The notes: generated from the letters alone by a model not told the origin. DNA of 64,000 nt from an uncultured Thermoplasmata archaeon (GCA_963768855.1 CAVYJM010000006.1:864001-928000); one strand, 5' to 3'; counted from the stretch's first letter, positions 47,957 through 57,934 are shown. Program-made: numbers and translations.

Positions 47957-48355
47957 CTAGTGTTCGCACGTGCAGGCTTCGTCGGAGACGGGTTGGTTGG
48001 GCTGGACCGTCAGGATCAAGGCGGAAGTCGCCAGGACCTCGCAGGGATGATCCAGGTCCGCATGGGGGTGCTCCCTTGCCCGCCCGTTGAGGCCCTCTTC
48101 GTCGAAGTGGACGGCGGCAAGCCCCGGACGTAGCGAGGCGGACGGCGCACCCGAAGCGGCCGAGCGCGGAAGGCGTAGACGCGAGGCCAGCCACGCGCGG
48201 ACTCCGTTCCCCCACGGCGTGCGGGCTGGCATGGCGGAGAGGGCCCAGGCGAGGTTCGTTGAGGCGTGCTCCGTGCGGGCGTAGCGCAGGAGCTCCTCAG
48301 ACACCGACGGAGCGATGTAGGGCGGGACCCGATACAAATCCGACGGGGGGATCAT
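47957..48355 (-). CDS. Hypothetical protein
   Basis: Only plausible ORF in the interval; no recognisable motif. Confidence 0.45.
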   Translation of the reverse strand: MIPPSDLYRVPPYIAPSVSEELLRYARTEHASTNLAWALSAMPARTPWGNGVRAWLASRLRLPRSAASGAPSASLRPGLAAVHFDEEGLNGRAREHPHADLDHPCEVLATSALILTVQPNQPVSDEACTCEH

Positions 48356-48531
48356 CGCATCGACCTCCGGAGAGCCGTGATCTCCAGGGAGATCCGCTTC
48401 GTTCCACTCAGCTCACGATTCACGCGGTCTTTTGCGCCGATGTTACGCATGTTTTTGCCACCCCAATGGCTGTTTGGCCAATACACACACCCACTATTAA
48501 AACTACCGATTGTCCGACCCAAACACTTATA

Positions 48532-48543
48532 TGTAGGCCTACA
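48532..48543. promoter_or_regulatory. Palindrome TGTAGGCCTACA directly after TTATA, candidate autoregulatory operator
   Basis: Perfect 12-bp palindrome ~27 nt before the regulator ATG. Confidence 0.55.
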
Positions 48544-48569
48544 ATATCTATTGATTCGGTAGGTTCGGC

Positions 48570-49178
48570 ATGAAGTCTTTCAAGGTGATCAGCGACCCGG
48601 CGGCCTTCCAGCTTCTGGCGGACGAGACGCGGCGCCGGGTCATCTACCTCCTGCGGGCGAAGGAAATGACCGTGGCGCAGATCGCCGAGGAACTCAAGCT
48701 GACCCCCCAGGCCATCTACCACCACATCCGCAAGCTGAAGGACGCGGAGATGGTCGAGGTTGCGCGCGAGGAGCGCGTAGACCACTTCATCGAGACGTAC
48801 TACCGCGCGACGGCCGAGATGTTCAACCTCGCCCATGGCGAGGCGGGGAGCGCCAAGGTGATGGAGGAGGAGGTCCGCGAGGCGCTCGGAGCCCTGGTCA
48901 AGCTCGAGCTCTCCGCCAAGGTGGACGACGGCACGGTCACGAAGGTCGTCGAGCTCATCAAGCGCATGAAGGAGCCGGACGCAGGGTCGCCGTGGACAGA
49001 GAAGGTCAACGAGCTCGAGGACGTGAGCTACCTCGCCAAGCAGGAGCTGCTCGAGTTCACCTACCTCATGACAATCAGCGACCACGAGTTCGAGAGCTTC
49101 CTGAAATGCTACCGGGACCTCCGGAAGGCCCTCCGTTCGACGGTTAAACAGCCCGTGGCAGCTCCCTCCAAGCGGTGA
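48570..49178 (+). CDS. ArsR-family winged-helix regulator with a C-terminal helical extension
   Basis: LADETRRRVIYLL, MTVAQIAEEL, IYHHIRKL. Confidence 0.88.
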   Translation: MKSFKVISDPAAFQLLADETRRRVIYLLRAKEMTVAQIAEELKLTPQAIYHHIRKLKDAEMVEVAREERVDHFIETYYRATAEMFNLAHGEAGSAKVMEEEVREALGALVKLELSAKVDDGTVTKVVELIKRMKEPDAGSPWTEKVNELEDVSYLAKQELLEFTYLMTISDHEFESFLKCYRDLRKALRSTVKQPVAAPSKR

Positions 49179-49239
49179 GGACGCCCTCCCGTCGTGTGGC
49201 GGGACCATCTCTATCGGGTCCCACGCTCCTCGCCCGTGC

Positions 49240-49617
49240 ATGCGAGCGCGGTTCCGATACACGGGCATCCGGGTGCGCGACTTGGACCGTTCCCTGACAT
49301 TCTACACGAACGTCCTGGGCATGCGGGTCATCGGCGGGGGAACGATGCCCCATGGTGGCCGCTACGTGCATCTCCGAACCCCCGGATCCCAGCAGCGACT
49401 CGAACTCAACTGGTACCCCAAGGGGAGCCGCTTCTATGCTCCGTACCGCGCTGGGGAGGAGATGGACCATCTCGCGTTCGTCGTGGACGACGTGCGCAAG
49501 GCCTACCGCGAGCTCGTGCGGAAAGGAGCTCAGCCGGCGGTGGATCCGGCCCACTCCAAAGGCACCGAGGTCTACGTAAAGGACCCCGATGGCGTCTGGA
49601 TCGAGCTCCTCCAGTAA
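49240..49617 (+). CDS. VOC/glyoxalase family protein
   Basis: YTGIRVRDLDRSLTFY, DHLAFVVDD, KDPDGVWIEL. Confidence 0.92.
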   Translation: MRARFRYTGIRVRDLDRSLTFYTNVLGMRVIGGGTMPHGGRYVHLRTPGSQQRLELNWYPKGSRFYAPYRAGEEMDHLAFVVDDVRKAYRELVRKGAQPAVDPAHSKGTEVYVKDPDGVWIELLQ

Positions 49618-49748
49618 CGGTCCGGGGAACCCGAGACCCTCGCCCCTTCGGCGGGAGATTTAGGTCCACCAAAAATCCGAACCCTGCGAGCCATTGCTCC
49701 GCGCTTTCGTAGAAGGCTCTTATATACGGCCGCGCCGTGAGAGGACCG

Positions 49749-50633
49749 ATGTCGGATTCCCAATCCCACCCAACGCGCGCGATCGAGGCCGTACTCCCCA
49801 GCCGCGAGACGATCGAGGGCGCGGGCGTGCACCTGCGGCGGGCCTTCGGCTACTACGAGGTCCCCAAGCTCGACCCGTTCCTCCTCCTGGACGACTTCCG
49901 CTCCCAGAATCCCGCCGACTTCGTCGCGGGGTTCCCGTGGCATCCCCACCGCGGGATCGAGACGGTCACCTACATGCTCGACGGCTTCGTCCAGCACGAG
50001 GACAGCCTCGGGAACAAGGGCGTCATCCGGTCGGGCGACGTGCAGTGGATGACCGCGGGGAACGGGATCATCCACCAGGAGATGCCGAAGCACCTCGACG
50101 ACGGGAAGATGGGCGGGTTCCAGCTGTGGGTCAACCTCCCTGCGAACCACAAGATGATGGACCCCCGCTACCAGGAGGTCCAGAGCGCGGGCATCCCGCA
50201 GTTCGAGGCCTCAAAGGGCGTGACCGTGCGGGTCATCGCGGGCCAGGTCGGTGACGTGCGCGGTCCGGTCCGGGACATCGTTGTCGAGCCCGAGTACCTG
50301 GACGTCCAGATCGCCCCGCACGCGGTCTTCGACCACCCGGTGAAGAAGGGTCACCGGGCCTTCGCCTACGTGCTCGGGGGCCGGGGCCGCTTCGACGACG
50401 ACAGCGGTGAGGTCGTCGACTCCGAGAACCTCGTCCTTTTCCGGGATGGGGAGCGCGTGCGAGTCGAGGCGATGGACCGCCCGCTGCGGTTCCTCCTGGT
50501 CTCCGGCAAGCCGCTCCACGAGCCCGTGGCGTGGTGGGGTCCGATCGTGATGAACAACCGGCGGGAACTGGAGACCGCGGTCCAGGAGTTCCAAGACGGC
50601 ACGTTCGTCAAGCACCGCGCCGCAACGGTCTGA
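49749..50633 (+). CDS. Pirin family protein
   Basis: DPFLLLDD, GFPWHPHRGIETVTY, WMTAGNGIIHQE, GPIVMN. Confidence 0.95.
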   Translation: MSDSQSHPTRAIEAVLPSRETIEGAGVHLRRAFGYYEVPKLDPFLLLDDFRSQNPADFVAGFPWHPHRGIETVTYMLDGFVQHEDSLGNKGVIRSGDVQWMTAGNGIIHQEMPKHLDDGKMGGFQLWVNLPANHKMMDPRYQEVQSAGIPQFEASKGVTVRVIAGQVGDVRGPVRDIVVEPEYLDVQIAPHAVFDHPVKKGHRAFAYVLGGRGRFDDDSGEVVDSENLVLFRDGERVRVEAMDRPLRFLLVSGKPLHEPVAWWGPIVMNNRRELETAVQEFQDGTFVKHRAATV

Positions 50634-50660
50634 TCGGCCCCTCTCCGGGGGCCCGGACGC

Positions 50661-51866
50661 TCACGCCGCGTCGCCCGTGCTCGGGCGCTCGTGGCCCCGG
50701 GCGATTCCATAGGCCCATGCGAACAGGATTCCCGCGACGAGCGTCACCCCGCCGGGAATGAGCGCGAGGGCCCATGGCAGGGCCCAGGTGGAGGCGAGGA
50801 ACCCGATGAGCGCCGCCCCGGTCGCGTCCCCCGCGAGGAACATGTTCTCCAGGAGTCCGAGCTCCGTGCGCTGAGCCCCGGCCCCGAGGCGCTGGCCGAG
50901 GAATGTCATCGGGATCTGGCCGCCCGCGGGCCACAGAAACGCGTACACGATCAGGAACGCGATCGTGGCCGGGAGTGAGTCCCAGAGGAGGAAGGTCATG
51001 TACGCCAGGCCCGTTCCGAGGCCGCCGAACACGATGAGCGGCCGGGCCCATCCTCGGTCCGCCATCCGCCCGAACCAGACCCCGCTGATGCCCCACGTCG
51101 CCGAGGCGGCCACGAAGATCAGGACGGCGGGCCGCAGCTCGAGGGACCGGTCCTCCACCAGGAAGAGGGGAAGCCAGGAGAACCCCGCCCCGCCGAGTCC
51201 GATCAGGTATTGGAGTCCCGCGACCCGGAGCACGTCGCGGTGCTTCAATGCGGCGCGGATGTCCTTCTGGATCAGGGGCCTTCCGATCTGACGGGGAAGG
51301 AGGATCCAGAGGGCCGCGGCCGGGACAAGCGCGAGGACCGCGGCGAAGAGGTAATAGTCCCGCCAGGAGGACACGAAGGGAAGGAAGAACGCCACGGCGA
51401 GCCCCGCGAGCACGCATCCCGCGACGATGCCCGTGACGTAGATGCCCAGGAACGCCCCCTTGCGCTCCCCGAGCACCTCGTTCACCCAGGCGTACGCCAT
51501 CACATTGTACATGCTGAACCCGGCCCCGAGCAGGAACTCCCCCAGCACGAGGACCCAGGGCGCGGGGCTGAGGCCCGCCAGGAGCGCGCCCGCGGCGGCG
51601 CACCCCAGCCCTGCGAGGCTGATCGGCCGGGGTCCGGCGCGGTCCGCGAAGATGCCCGCGATGAACGGGCTCGCGAAGCCTCCGATGCTCAGGCTCGCGA
51701 AGGCGATCCCGAGGCCCGCGTCGCCGAGGCCCAGGGTGTCCGTGACGAGCAGGGAGAGGATCGTGAGGAGGAATACGCCGAACCCTACGACCACGCAGCC
51801 GGCGTAGAGCCAGGTGAAGACGAGCCGCGGCGGCGGATTCCGGCTCGGCGCGGGACGGGCCACCAT
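50661..51866 (-). CDS. MFS transporter
   Basis: About 12 TM; GIFADRAGPR and GRMADRGWAR loop motifs. Confidence 0.9.
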   Translation of the reverse strand: MVARPAPSRNPPPRLVFTWLYAGCVVVGFGVFLLTILSLLVTDTLGLGDAGLGIAFASLSIGGFASPFIAGIFADRAGPRPISLAGLGCAAAGALLAGLSPAPWVLVLGEFLLGAGFSMYNVMAYAWVNEVLGERKGAFLGIYVTGIVAGCVLAGLAVAFFLPFVSSWRDYYLFAAVLALVPAAALWILLPRQIGRPLIQKDIRAALKHRDVLRVAGLQYLIGLGGAGFSWLPLFLVEDRSLELRPAVLIFVAASATWGISGVWFGRMADRGWARPLIVFGGLGTGLAYMTFLLWDSLPATIAFLIVYAFLWPAGGQIPMTFLGQRLGAGAQRTELGLLENMFLAGDATGAALIGFLASTWALPWALALIPGGVTLVAGILFAWAYGIARGHERPSTGDAA

Positions 51867-51963
51867 GGACGGATACCTCCCACCCGGGGAGGCCGGGGAC
51901 GCCCAAAACCCTTCCGCCGGTCGCGACGAGGTTTTTATGGAGCGGACGGCTGGGCGTCCGCAC

Positions 51964-52320
51964 ATGCCGCAGCGTTCCGCAACCCCCGCACCCGATGGGT
52001 TCGATCCTCTGGCCCCGTTCGCGGACAAGGGCGTCCTGGATGAGGTCGTCGGCGCGCTCGCCTCGTTCCGCTGGAAGCTCTATGGTTCCATCCCGGTCCG
52101 CTTCCACCGAGGCGAGCCGACGCCGTACGAGTTCGACCTGAACCTTGGAGTCGTCCACGTCACGGAGCAGGACGCGAAGGGGCTCAGCGAGATCTTCCGT
52201 GCTGTGAACGAGCAATGGAGGACGCGTATGACCTACTGTATCTATCCCTCCAAAGAGACGCCCCGCGAGATGATTCTGAACATCCGCGGCTCGCCCCGCG
52301 CCCCGTCCGAACTTGACTGA
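51964..52320 (+). CDS. Hypothetical protein
   Basis: TTTTTAT ~26 nt upstream of the ATG; protein-like composition. Confidence 0.65.
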   Translation: MPQRSATPAPDGFDPLAPFADKGVLDEVVGALASFRWKLYGSIPVRFHRGEPTPYEFDLNLGVVHVTEQDAKGLSEIFRAVNEQWRTRMTYCIYPSKETPREMILNIRGSPRAPSELD

Positions 52321-52335
52321 TCCGGCGTTGTCCGC

Positions 52336-53307
52336 TCAGCCGGAGCTGGATTCTTCGACCCGCTTGAGGACCCGAAGGGCCGTCAGGGTGATCCACTTGC
52401 TCGGCTGACCCTCCGTCTCGAGCGCGAATCGCTTTGGCTTCTTGTGGAAGCGGTATCCCGCGCCGGCCCCCAGGTCCGGATGTATCTTGTCGAGCCGCCA
52501 CGTGCCATCGGCTCCTCGCTTCTTGCGCAGGATGTCGAGGGCGGCACGGAGGCGGCGGTCCCCGCCGTATCCGAGGGCCGTCAGCATATCCAGGCCCACA
52601 AGCACGTCGTAGTAATAGTGGACCGGGTAGTGGAAGCGGACCCAAGGGACATACCGGCGGCCCTGACGGAAGAGCTCGCGATCGAGGAAGAACTCTGCGC
52701 CCGCCTCCGCGGAACGCTTGATGCGGGGGGTCCAGTGTGCACGCGGGAGCGCGGAGTAGGCGTAGAGCCCCTCCCAGGCATCGAGCGTCCCGTGGCCGAA
52801 CGCCGTTTGGTAGAAGCAGTGCCAGCCGCCGTCCTCCATCTGATGCTCGACCAGCCAGTCGAACGCGGAGCGGACGCGCGGGTCGTCCGCGAACCCGCAC
52901 CGCGCGAGGGTCCTCGCGAGGTTCCCTGTGAGGCAGAGCTCGCTCCGCCTGCTCTCGACGTCGTCGAACCCTCCGTCCTTCCGGGCGTAGTCCGTCAGGA
53001 AGAGCTCGCAGGTCTTCCGGACCCGCGGGTCCTCCGCAGTCAGGCCCAGGTCCGCGAGGACGATGAACCGCCAGATCGTCGCGGTGTACTTGGGACGGTA
53101 CAGGTCCTTCCGGGATTCCCACTGACCCTCAGGCCGTTGCGTTTCCAGGATGGTCTTGGCCCAGCCCTGCTTCGGGATGGCTCTCCGAGCTTCGGCCACT
53201 TCGGCATCCTGGGGGCCCCGGTCAAGTAGACCTGTCAGGGTCCCGTAGCGAGCGGCGGGTTGGGACGGTTCGAGGAGCCAGTCGAGGACGGTCGGTCTCG
53301 GTCGCAT
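52336..53307 (-). CDS. Prenyltransferase/squalene-cyclase-repeat protein (paralog of 12947-13921)
   Basis: VLDWLLEP, QMEDGGWHC, RFHYPVHYYYDVL, DGTW. Confidence 0.78.
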   Translation of the reverse strand: MRPRPTVLDWLLEPSQPAARYGTLTGLLDRGPQDAEVAEARRAIPKQGWAKTILETQRPEGQWESRKDLYRPKYTATIWRFIVLADLGLTAEDPRVRKTCELFLTDYARKDGGFDDVESRRSELCLTGNLARTLARCGFADDPRVRSAFDWLVEHQMEDGGWHCFYQTAFGHGTLDAWEGLYAYSALPRAHWTPRIKRSAEAGAEFFLDRELFRQGRRYVPWVRFHYPVHYYYDVLVGLDMLTALGYGGDRRLRAALDILRKKRGADGTWRLDKIHPDLGAGAGYRFHKKPKRFALETEGQPSKWITLTALRVLKRVEESSSG

Positions 53308-53528
53308 CTGCGACAGGCGAGTCGTTGCGATTATATCCGCCTTGTGCCCTCGGTTGCGGGGGCCTCCAAGGCGGCGGCCGAAGACGATTGGGAGCAATCT
53401 CGATGTCCTGCCCCAGGCTTCCCGCACGACCTTCCGGATCCCGTCGCAGAACACCCTCATATCGGTTCTCCGGGAACGAAGCCGATACCGATATATAGTT
53501 CCGGCCATCTATCGGATGTCTGAGAAAC

Positions 53529-54458
53529 GTGCCCATACCGATATCCATATCTGACCTTCCCCCGCTGTTCTGGGGAAGGATTCAACGCAATTTCCGTATT
53601 CTCGACTCGCATCGTCCGTTGCCCAAGGACACGGTCCAGGCTCTCCAGAACCAGATTCGCATTCTGCACACCTACCACAGCAATGCCATTGAAGGGAACT
53701 CCCTCACTTTGAACGAGACCCGGCTCGTCGTCCAAGAGGGCGTCACTATTGGCGGCAAGAGCCTTCAGGACCATCTGGAAGCGACGAACAACGCGAAGGC
53801 TTTCGATTGGATCGTGAGTCTTGGGAAACCAGGTCTCCGAATCGATCATGCATTGACGCGGCGCCTGCACGAGGTGGTCACGCGTGGAATCCTTGACTCC
53901 GCGGGCAGGTATCGGACGGAACAGGTTTGGATCGGGGGGGCCAAGCTCACCCCGCCGCAGCCCGCCAAGATCATGCCCCTCCTGGATACACTCTTCGGCG
54001 AACTGCCCAGGATCCGGGAAGTCGTTCTCCGAAGCATCTACCTGCATCACCGGCTCGTCTACGTCCACCCCTTCCTCGATGGGAACGGACGGGTCGCCCG
54101 GCTCGCGGCCAACCTGGCCCTGATGAGCGGGGGCTATCCTCCGATCGTGTTGCGGGTCTCCGATCGGTTGCGCTATTACCGCCACCTTCAGGCGGCAGAC
54201 GCGGGGGATCTCCGACCGTTCGCCGGGTTCGTCCTTCGCGCGCTCGACGAGGCGATTGTCACCTATCTTGCGGCATTGGAACCGGAGCGGGCCCTCATCC
54301 CCCTGAAGATGCTCGCCCGCCGGTCCCCGTACTCCCAGGAATACTTGTCTCTGCGGGCGCGGCAGGGGGTTCTCGAAGCGGTGAAGATCGACGGGGCGTG
54401 GTACGCGAGCAGGAAGGGCCTTGCGGACTACGAGGAGAGCGTCGGCCGCAAGGGTTGA
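53529..54458 (+). CDS. Fic-family AMPylase, class II, with a C-terminal HTH-like extension
   Basis: SNAIEGN inhibitory motif; HPFLDGNGRVAR catalytic motif; YSQEYLSLRARQG...GAWY tail. Confidence 0.92.
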   Translation: MPIPISISDLPPLFWGRIQRNFRILDSHRPLPKDTVQALQNQIRILHTYHSNAIEGNSLTLNETRLVVQEGVTIGGKSLQDHLEATNNAKAFDWIVSLGKPGLRIDHALTRRLHEVVTRGILDSAGRYRTEQVWIGGAKLTPPQPAKIMPLLDTLFGELPRIREVVLRSIYLHHRLVYVHPFLDGNGRVARLAANLALMSGGYPPIVLRVSDRLRYYRHLQAADAGDLRPFAGFVLRALDEAIVTYLAALEPERALIPLKMLARRSPYSQEYLSLRARQGVLEAVKIDGAWYASRKGLADYEESVGRKG

Positions 54459-54462
54459 AAAG

Positions 54463-54535
54463 TGGACCGGGTGGGATTTGAACCCACGGCCTCTACCATG
54501 CCAAGATAGCGATCTTCCAGCTGATCTACCGGCCC
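54463..54535 (-). tRNA. tRNA-Ala(GGC)
   Basis: Acceptor GGGCCGG/CCGGTCC with G3:U70; anticodon arm CTATC-TTGGCAT-GGTAG; T arm GTGGG-TTCAAAT-CCCAC; discriminator A73. Confidence 0.97.
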
Positions 54536-54598
54536 GCGGAACCGCTGTAAGATAGGGTCCGGTATTAAGGTTTCTCGGACCGGGGCGCCTCGGATCCG

Positions 54599-55189
54599 TC
54601 ACCCAACGCGGCCCGCCACGGTCCAGATATGCAGGAGCGTGAACAGGAAGAACAGGCCCGTCTCGACGACGTGCATCGGCTTCCACACGCTGAAGGCGCG
54701 CTTCATCGCGGGGAGGTGCCGGTACAGGTAGCGGCCAAAGACGCCGCTGATCGTCGTGAGGATGAGCAGCCAGGTCGCGATCCCCGCGTATCCGAAGATT
54801 GTCAGGCTCCGATAGGGGAACTGGAACGGAAAGCCCGCGTGGATGAGGATCCCGATCAGCCCTCCGAGGCTGAGGCCGATGTGGGCCGTGAGCCATGCGC
54901 CGGAGCCGCCGAGCTTGCGGATGTACTGGGGCACCCCGACCCGCTTCACGAGCGTGTAGCCTTGGGCCGCCACGACGAGCGTGAGCCCGACGTACGCGAT
55001 CGTCGGATCCGTGTCTTCCCCGCCTCGGTAGGGGCGAAGCATGTTCGAGATGCTCCGCGCGGTTGTCGCGGGCACGTACATGTAGAACAGGAGGATCGCG
55101 ATTGTGAACAGCAATACGAGGATCGTGCCTCCGTACCGCTTCCAGAACCGCCGGACGTCGAAGGTCCGAACGGTGGCCGTCCCTTCCAT
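54599..55189 (-). CDS. Membrane protein with paired His helices (ferric-reductase-like cytochrome b candidate)
   Basis: AHIGLSLGGLIGILIHAG and MHVVETGLFFLFTLLH (both H-x13-H); SGVFGRYLY. Confidence 0.7.
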   Translation of the reverse strand: MEGTATVRTFDVRRFWKRYGGTILVLLFTIAILLFYMYVPATTARSISNMLRPYRGGEDTDPTIAYVGLTLVVAAQGYTLVKRVGVPQYIRKLGGSGAWLTAHIGLSLGGLIGILIHAGFPFQFPYRSLTIFGYAGIATWLLILTTISGVFGRYLYRHLPAMKRAFSVWKPMHVVETGLFFLFTLLHIWTVAGRVG

Positions 55190-55476
55190 CAGGCCCTCGG
55201 CGGGGCGGGAGTGGGCTTCTTCGCGTTCTTCGCGCGCATCGAACGCCGGTGGATGAAGTCTCGGATCGCGAAGCCGAAGATGAACGCGAGGATGATGGAG
55301 ATGACCGAGACGTAGTTGTACGCGAAGCTCGCGCCCCCGGCTCCGAGCCCACCGTCCTCCGCGGCCGCGACGCTCGCGATCGGCGCGACGCGGGACAACG
55401 GCGATATGAGATAGGCTCCGAGGGCGGTCCAGAACGCTAGCACGAGGCGGTGGAGTCGGGTGGAGGCGGGCGCCAT
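55189..55476 (-). CDS. Small membrane protein, translationally coupled (TGATG overlap)
   Basis: Signal-like N-terminus, one TM, basic tail. Confidence 0.65.
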   Translation of the reverse strand: MAPASTRLHRLVLAFWTALGAYLISPLSRVAPIASVAAAEDGGLGAGGASFAYNYVSVISIILAFIFGFAIRDFIHRRSMRAKNAKKPTPAPPRA

Positions 55477-55607
55477 TGTTCGCTTCCCCTTCGCTCCCGC
55501 GCTTCGCGGGGAGCCGCGCCCGCACTCGATTTAGGACACTTGAAACTTATGGCACAAATACCGACCCGTGAAGGTCATGAACGAGATCCGTCGAGGTGCG
55601 TGGCAGC

Positions 55608-57090
55608 TCAGGCCGAGGACCGCGGCCGCTTCGCGGCCTTCTTTGAGGTCGTTTCGGCGTACATCTCGAGCGGCTTCTCCCGGCGCATCTTCTCGCCCGG
55701 GATCGCGATTGGGTACTCGCCGGTCAGGCACCCGAGGCACAGAGTCGTCGCGCGGGTGCTTGAGTGCCGTCATGAGACCGCGCATGGAGAGGTAGCCCAG
55801 GGAGTCGGCGGTGATGAACTCCGCGATTTCCGGGACGGTCTTCTGGTTTGCGATGAACTGCTCGCGCGTCTTCATGTCGATGCCCAGGAAGCAGGGGGAT
55901 CGGATGGGCGGGCAGCCGACTCGCACGTGGACCTCCTTGGCGCCCGCCTGGCGGACGATTTGGACGATCTTGCGAAGCGTTGTGCCGCGGATGATCGAGT
56001 CGTCGACCAGCACCACCCGCTTGTTCTTCACCGCGGAGCGGATGGGGTTCAGCTTGAGCATCACGCCCACCTCCCGTTCCGATTGCTCCGGCATGATGAA
56101 GGTCCGCTCGATGTAGCGGTTCTTGATCAGGCCCTCGACGACGGGCAGGCCCGTCTCACTCGCGTAGCCCTGAGCCTGCGCCCTCCCGGATTCCGGGACC
56201 GGGACCACGATGTCCGCCGTGACCGGATGCTCCCGCGCCAGTTCCTGGCCGATCTTCACGCGCGCGTCGTACACGAGGCGTCCGTCCAGGACGCTGTCGG
56301 GCCGGGCGAAGTACACCCACTCGAACATGCAGTGCGCGGTGTGCGTGGGATGAGGCAGCCGGAACGATTCGAACCCTCCGGGGCGCAGCTCGACGATCTC
56401 GCCCGCCTTGAGGTCGCGGATGAAGCGATAACCGAGCGCGTCGAACACGACACTCTCCGAGGAGATCATCATCGTGCCGTCCCGCTCGCCGAGGCAGAGG
56501 GGCCGGATCGCGAGCGGGTCCCGCACCGCGTACACCGTGCCGTTGATCAGGAGGGCGAGGCTGTAGGCGCCCTGGAGGCGGTTCGTGAACTCCTTCAGAG
56601 CGCGCTTCGGGTCTCCCGAGGTCACGAGCTCGTTCGCGAGGAGGCGGATGATCACCTCGCTGTCCGAGGTCGTCATGAAGGCCCACCCCTTCCGGCTCAG
56701 GTCCTCACGAATCTCGGGGGCGTTCACGATCTCCCCGTTGTGCGCGAGGGCGATGTCCCCGTAGGACGTCCGGACGACGATGGGCTGGGCGTTGTCGAGC
56801 ACGCTCGAGCCGGCCGTGGAGTAGCGGACATGGCCGATGCCCGACTGACCGCGGAAGCCCATGAGGTCGTCCTTCGTGAAGACCTCGTGGACGAGCCCCA
56901 TGCCGCGCTTCGACTTCACCTCGCCGTCGAAGACCGCGAGCCCCGCGGACTCCTGGCCGCGGTGCTGGAGGATCCGGAGCCCATAGTACAGCTCCGTGGC
57001 CACCGGCATCTCGCTCGCGCAACCAATGATGCCGCATTTTTCGCGCGGGCGGAGGTCGGAGTATTCCGACGCAGCGCCGTCGCCGGACAT
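55608..57090 (-). CDS. purF: Amidophosphoribosyltransferase; frameshift at ~55745
   Basis: EKCGIIG, LQHRGQES, GHVRYST, AHNG, CMFEWVYFARPDS, VDDSIIRGTT; CLGCLTGEYP in the shifted frame. Confidence 0.95.
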
Positions 57091-57092
57091 CC

Positions 57093-57260
57093 TCAGTGCC
57101 TCTTCGCCCAGGAAAAATTCCTCAACTTCTTGGTGCTCCCGTACCCGCAGGAAGAACAGTATCCCTTGCGCTTGTGGTACGAATGGCGGCCGCAGCGCCG
57201 GCACCGGATGTGGACGGATTTGACGCCCATCTTCCCGAGCGATGCGGTTCCCTTTGTCAT
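57093..57260 (-). CDS. rpl37e: 50S ribosomal protein L37e
   Basis: Manual translation MTKGTASLGKMGVKSVHIRCRRCGRHSYHKRKGYCSSCGYG...; sits between Sm and purF. Confidence 0.96.
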   Translation of the reverse strand: MTKGTASLGKMGVKSVHIRCRRCGRHSYHKRKGYCSSCGYGSTKKLRNFSWAKRH

Positions 57261-57279
57261 CTACGCCACCTCGGCGCCG

Positions 57280-57495
57280 TCAGGGGGAGATGTAGATCAC
57301 GTTGTCCCCGCGAACGATCGCGAGGTCCATCTTCCGCTGCGACTGGTTGTCCTGGGTTTCCTCCGCGTTGCGGAGCACGAGGTTCATGTGCGGGTCGAAC
57401 CCGTCCAGGATGCCTCGATATCCCCGGCCTCCCTTGAGCTCGACCATCACGTTGGACGAGATCTTCTGGTTGAGGAGGGAGAGTGGCTTAATCAT
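57280..57495 (-). CDS. Sm-like (LSm/SmAP1) RNA-binding protein
   Basis: GILDGFDPHMNLVL, IVRGDNVIYISP; conserved archaeal Sm-L37e linkage. Confidence 0.95.
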   Translation of the reverse strand: MIKPLSLLNQKISSNVMVELKGGRGYRGILDGFDPHMNLVLRNAEETQDNQSQRKMDLAIVRGDNVIYISP

Positions 57496-57576
57496 GGGAC
57501 CACGTCCGAAGGAGAGGAGGAGCAGTACTTAAAGGTCTCGGCGAAGCGGAAGCGACTTCCGCCTCCCTGGGCGCGC

Positions 57577-57720
57577 TCACGACTCCGACTTGACCACGGG
57601 CCGTCCCTCGCCCAGACCCGCGCCCTTTCTCGGACTGATGCGGAAGCTGGAGTGACGCAGCACGTCCATCCCGACGATCAGGTGGCACCGCATGTTCTTG
57701 CGGTCCGTGATGGCGACCTG
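57577..57720 (-). pseudogene. C-terminal fragment of a RimK-associated putative protease
   Basis: QVAITDRKNMRCHLIVGMDVL...FRISP resembles the DR-x2-M-x3-L-x-G-x-D-x-L C-terminus; N-terminal DTG part is absent. Confidence 0.5.
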
Positions 57721-57721
57721 C

Positions 57722-57910
57722 GCCTCGAAGGCGGTCAGCGTCGAGATCAGCGGCGGGGCCATGATCTTCCGCGGGGAAGTGCCCGTGGTCCTCGAGGTGA
57801 ACGCGTCCCTCGGGTTTCGCGGCCTTCGGGAGGCGACCATGGCGAGCTCGGTGGACGCGATTGTCGACTACGCGATCGAGAAGGCCGACTCCGGAGCGAA
57901 ACCCACATGA
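57722..57910 (+). pseudogene. C-terminal fragment of a RimK/LysX ATP-grasp ligase
   Basis: ASKAVSVEISGGAMI...PVVLEVNASLGFRGLREAT...AIVDYAIEK; in-frame stop shortly upstream. Confidence 0.6.
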
Positions 57911-57934
57911 TGGGTGGAACACCTGCCGGAAAGC

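Noticed and set aside
52617-52628. 12-nt match to the tRNA-Ala 3' end as an att site for the Fic gene
   Set aside because: Lies inside conserved coding sequence (YPVHY) shared with the paralog; likely chance
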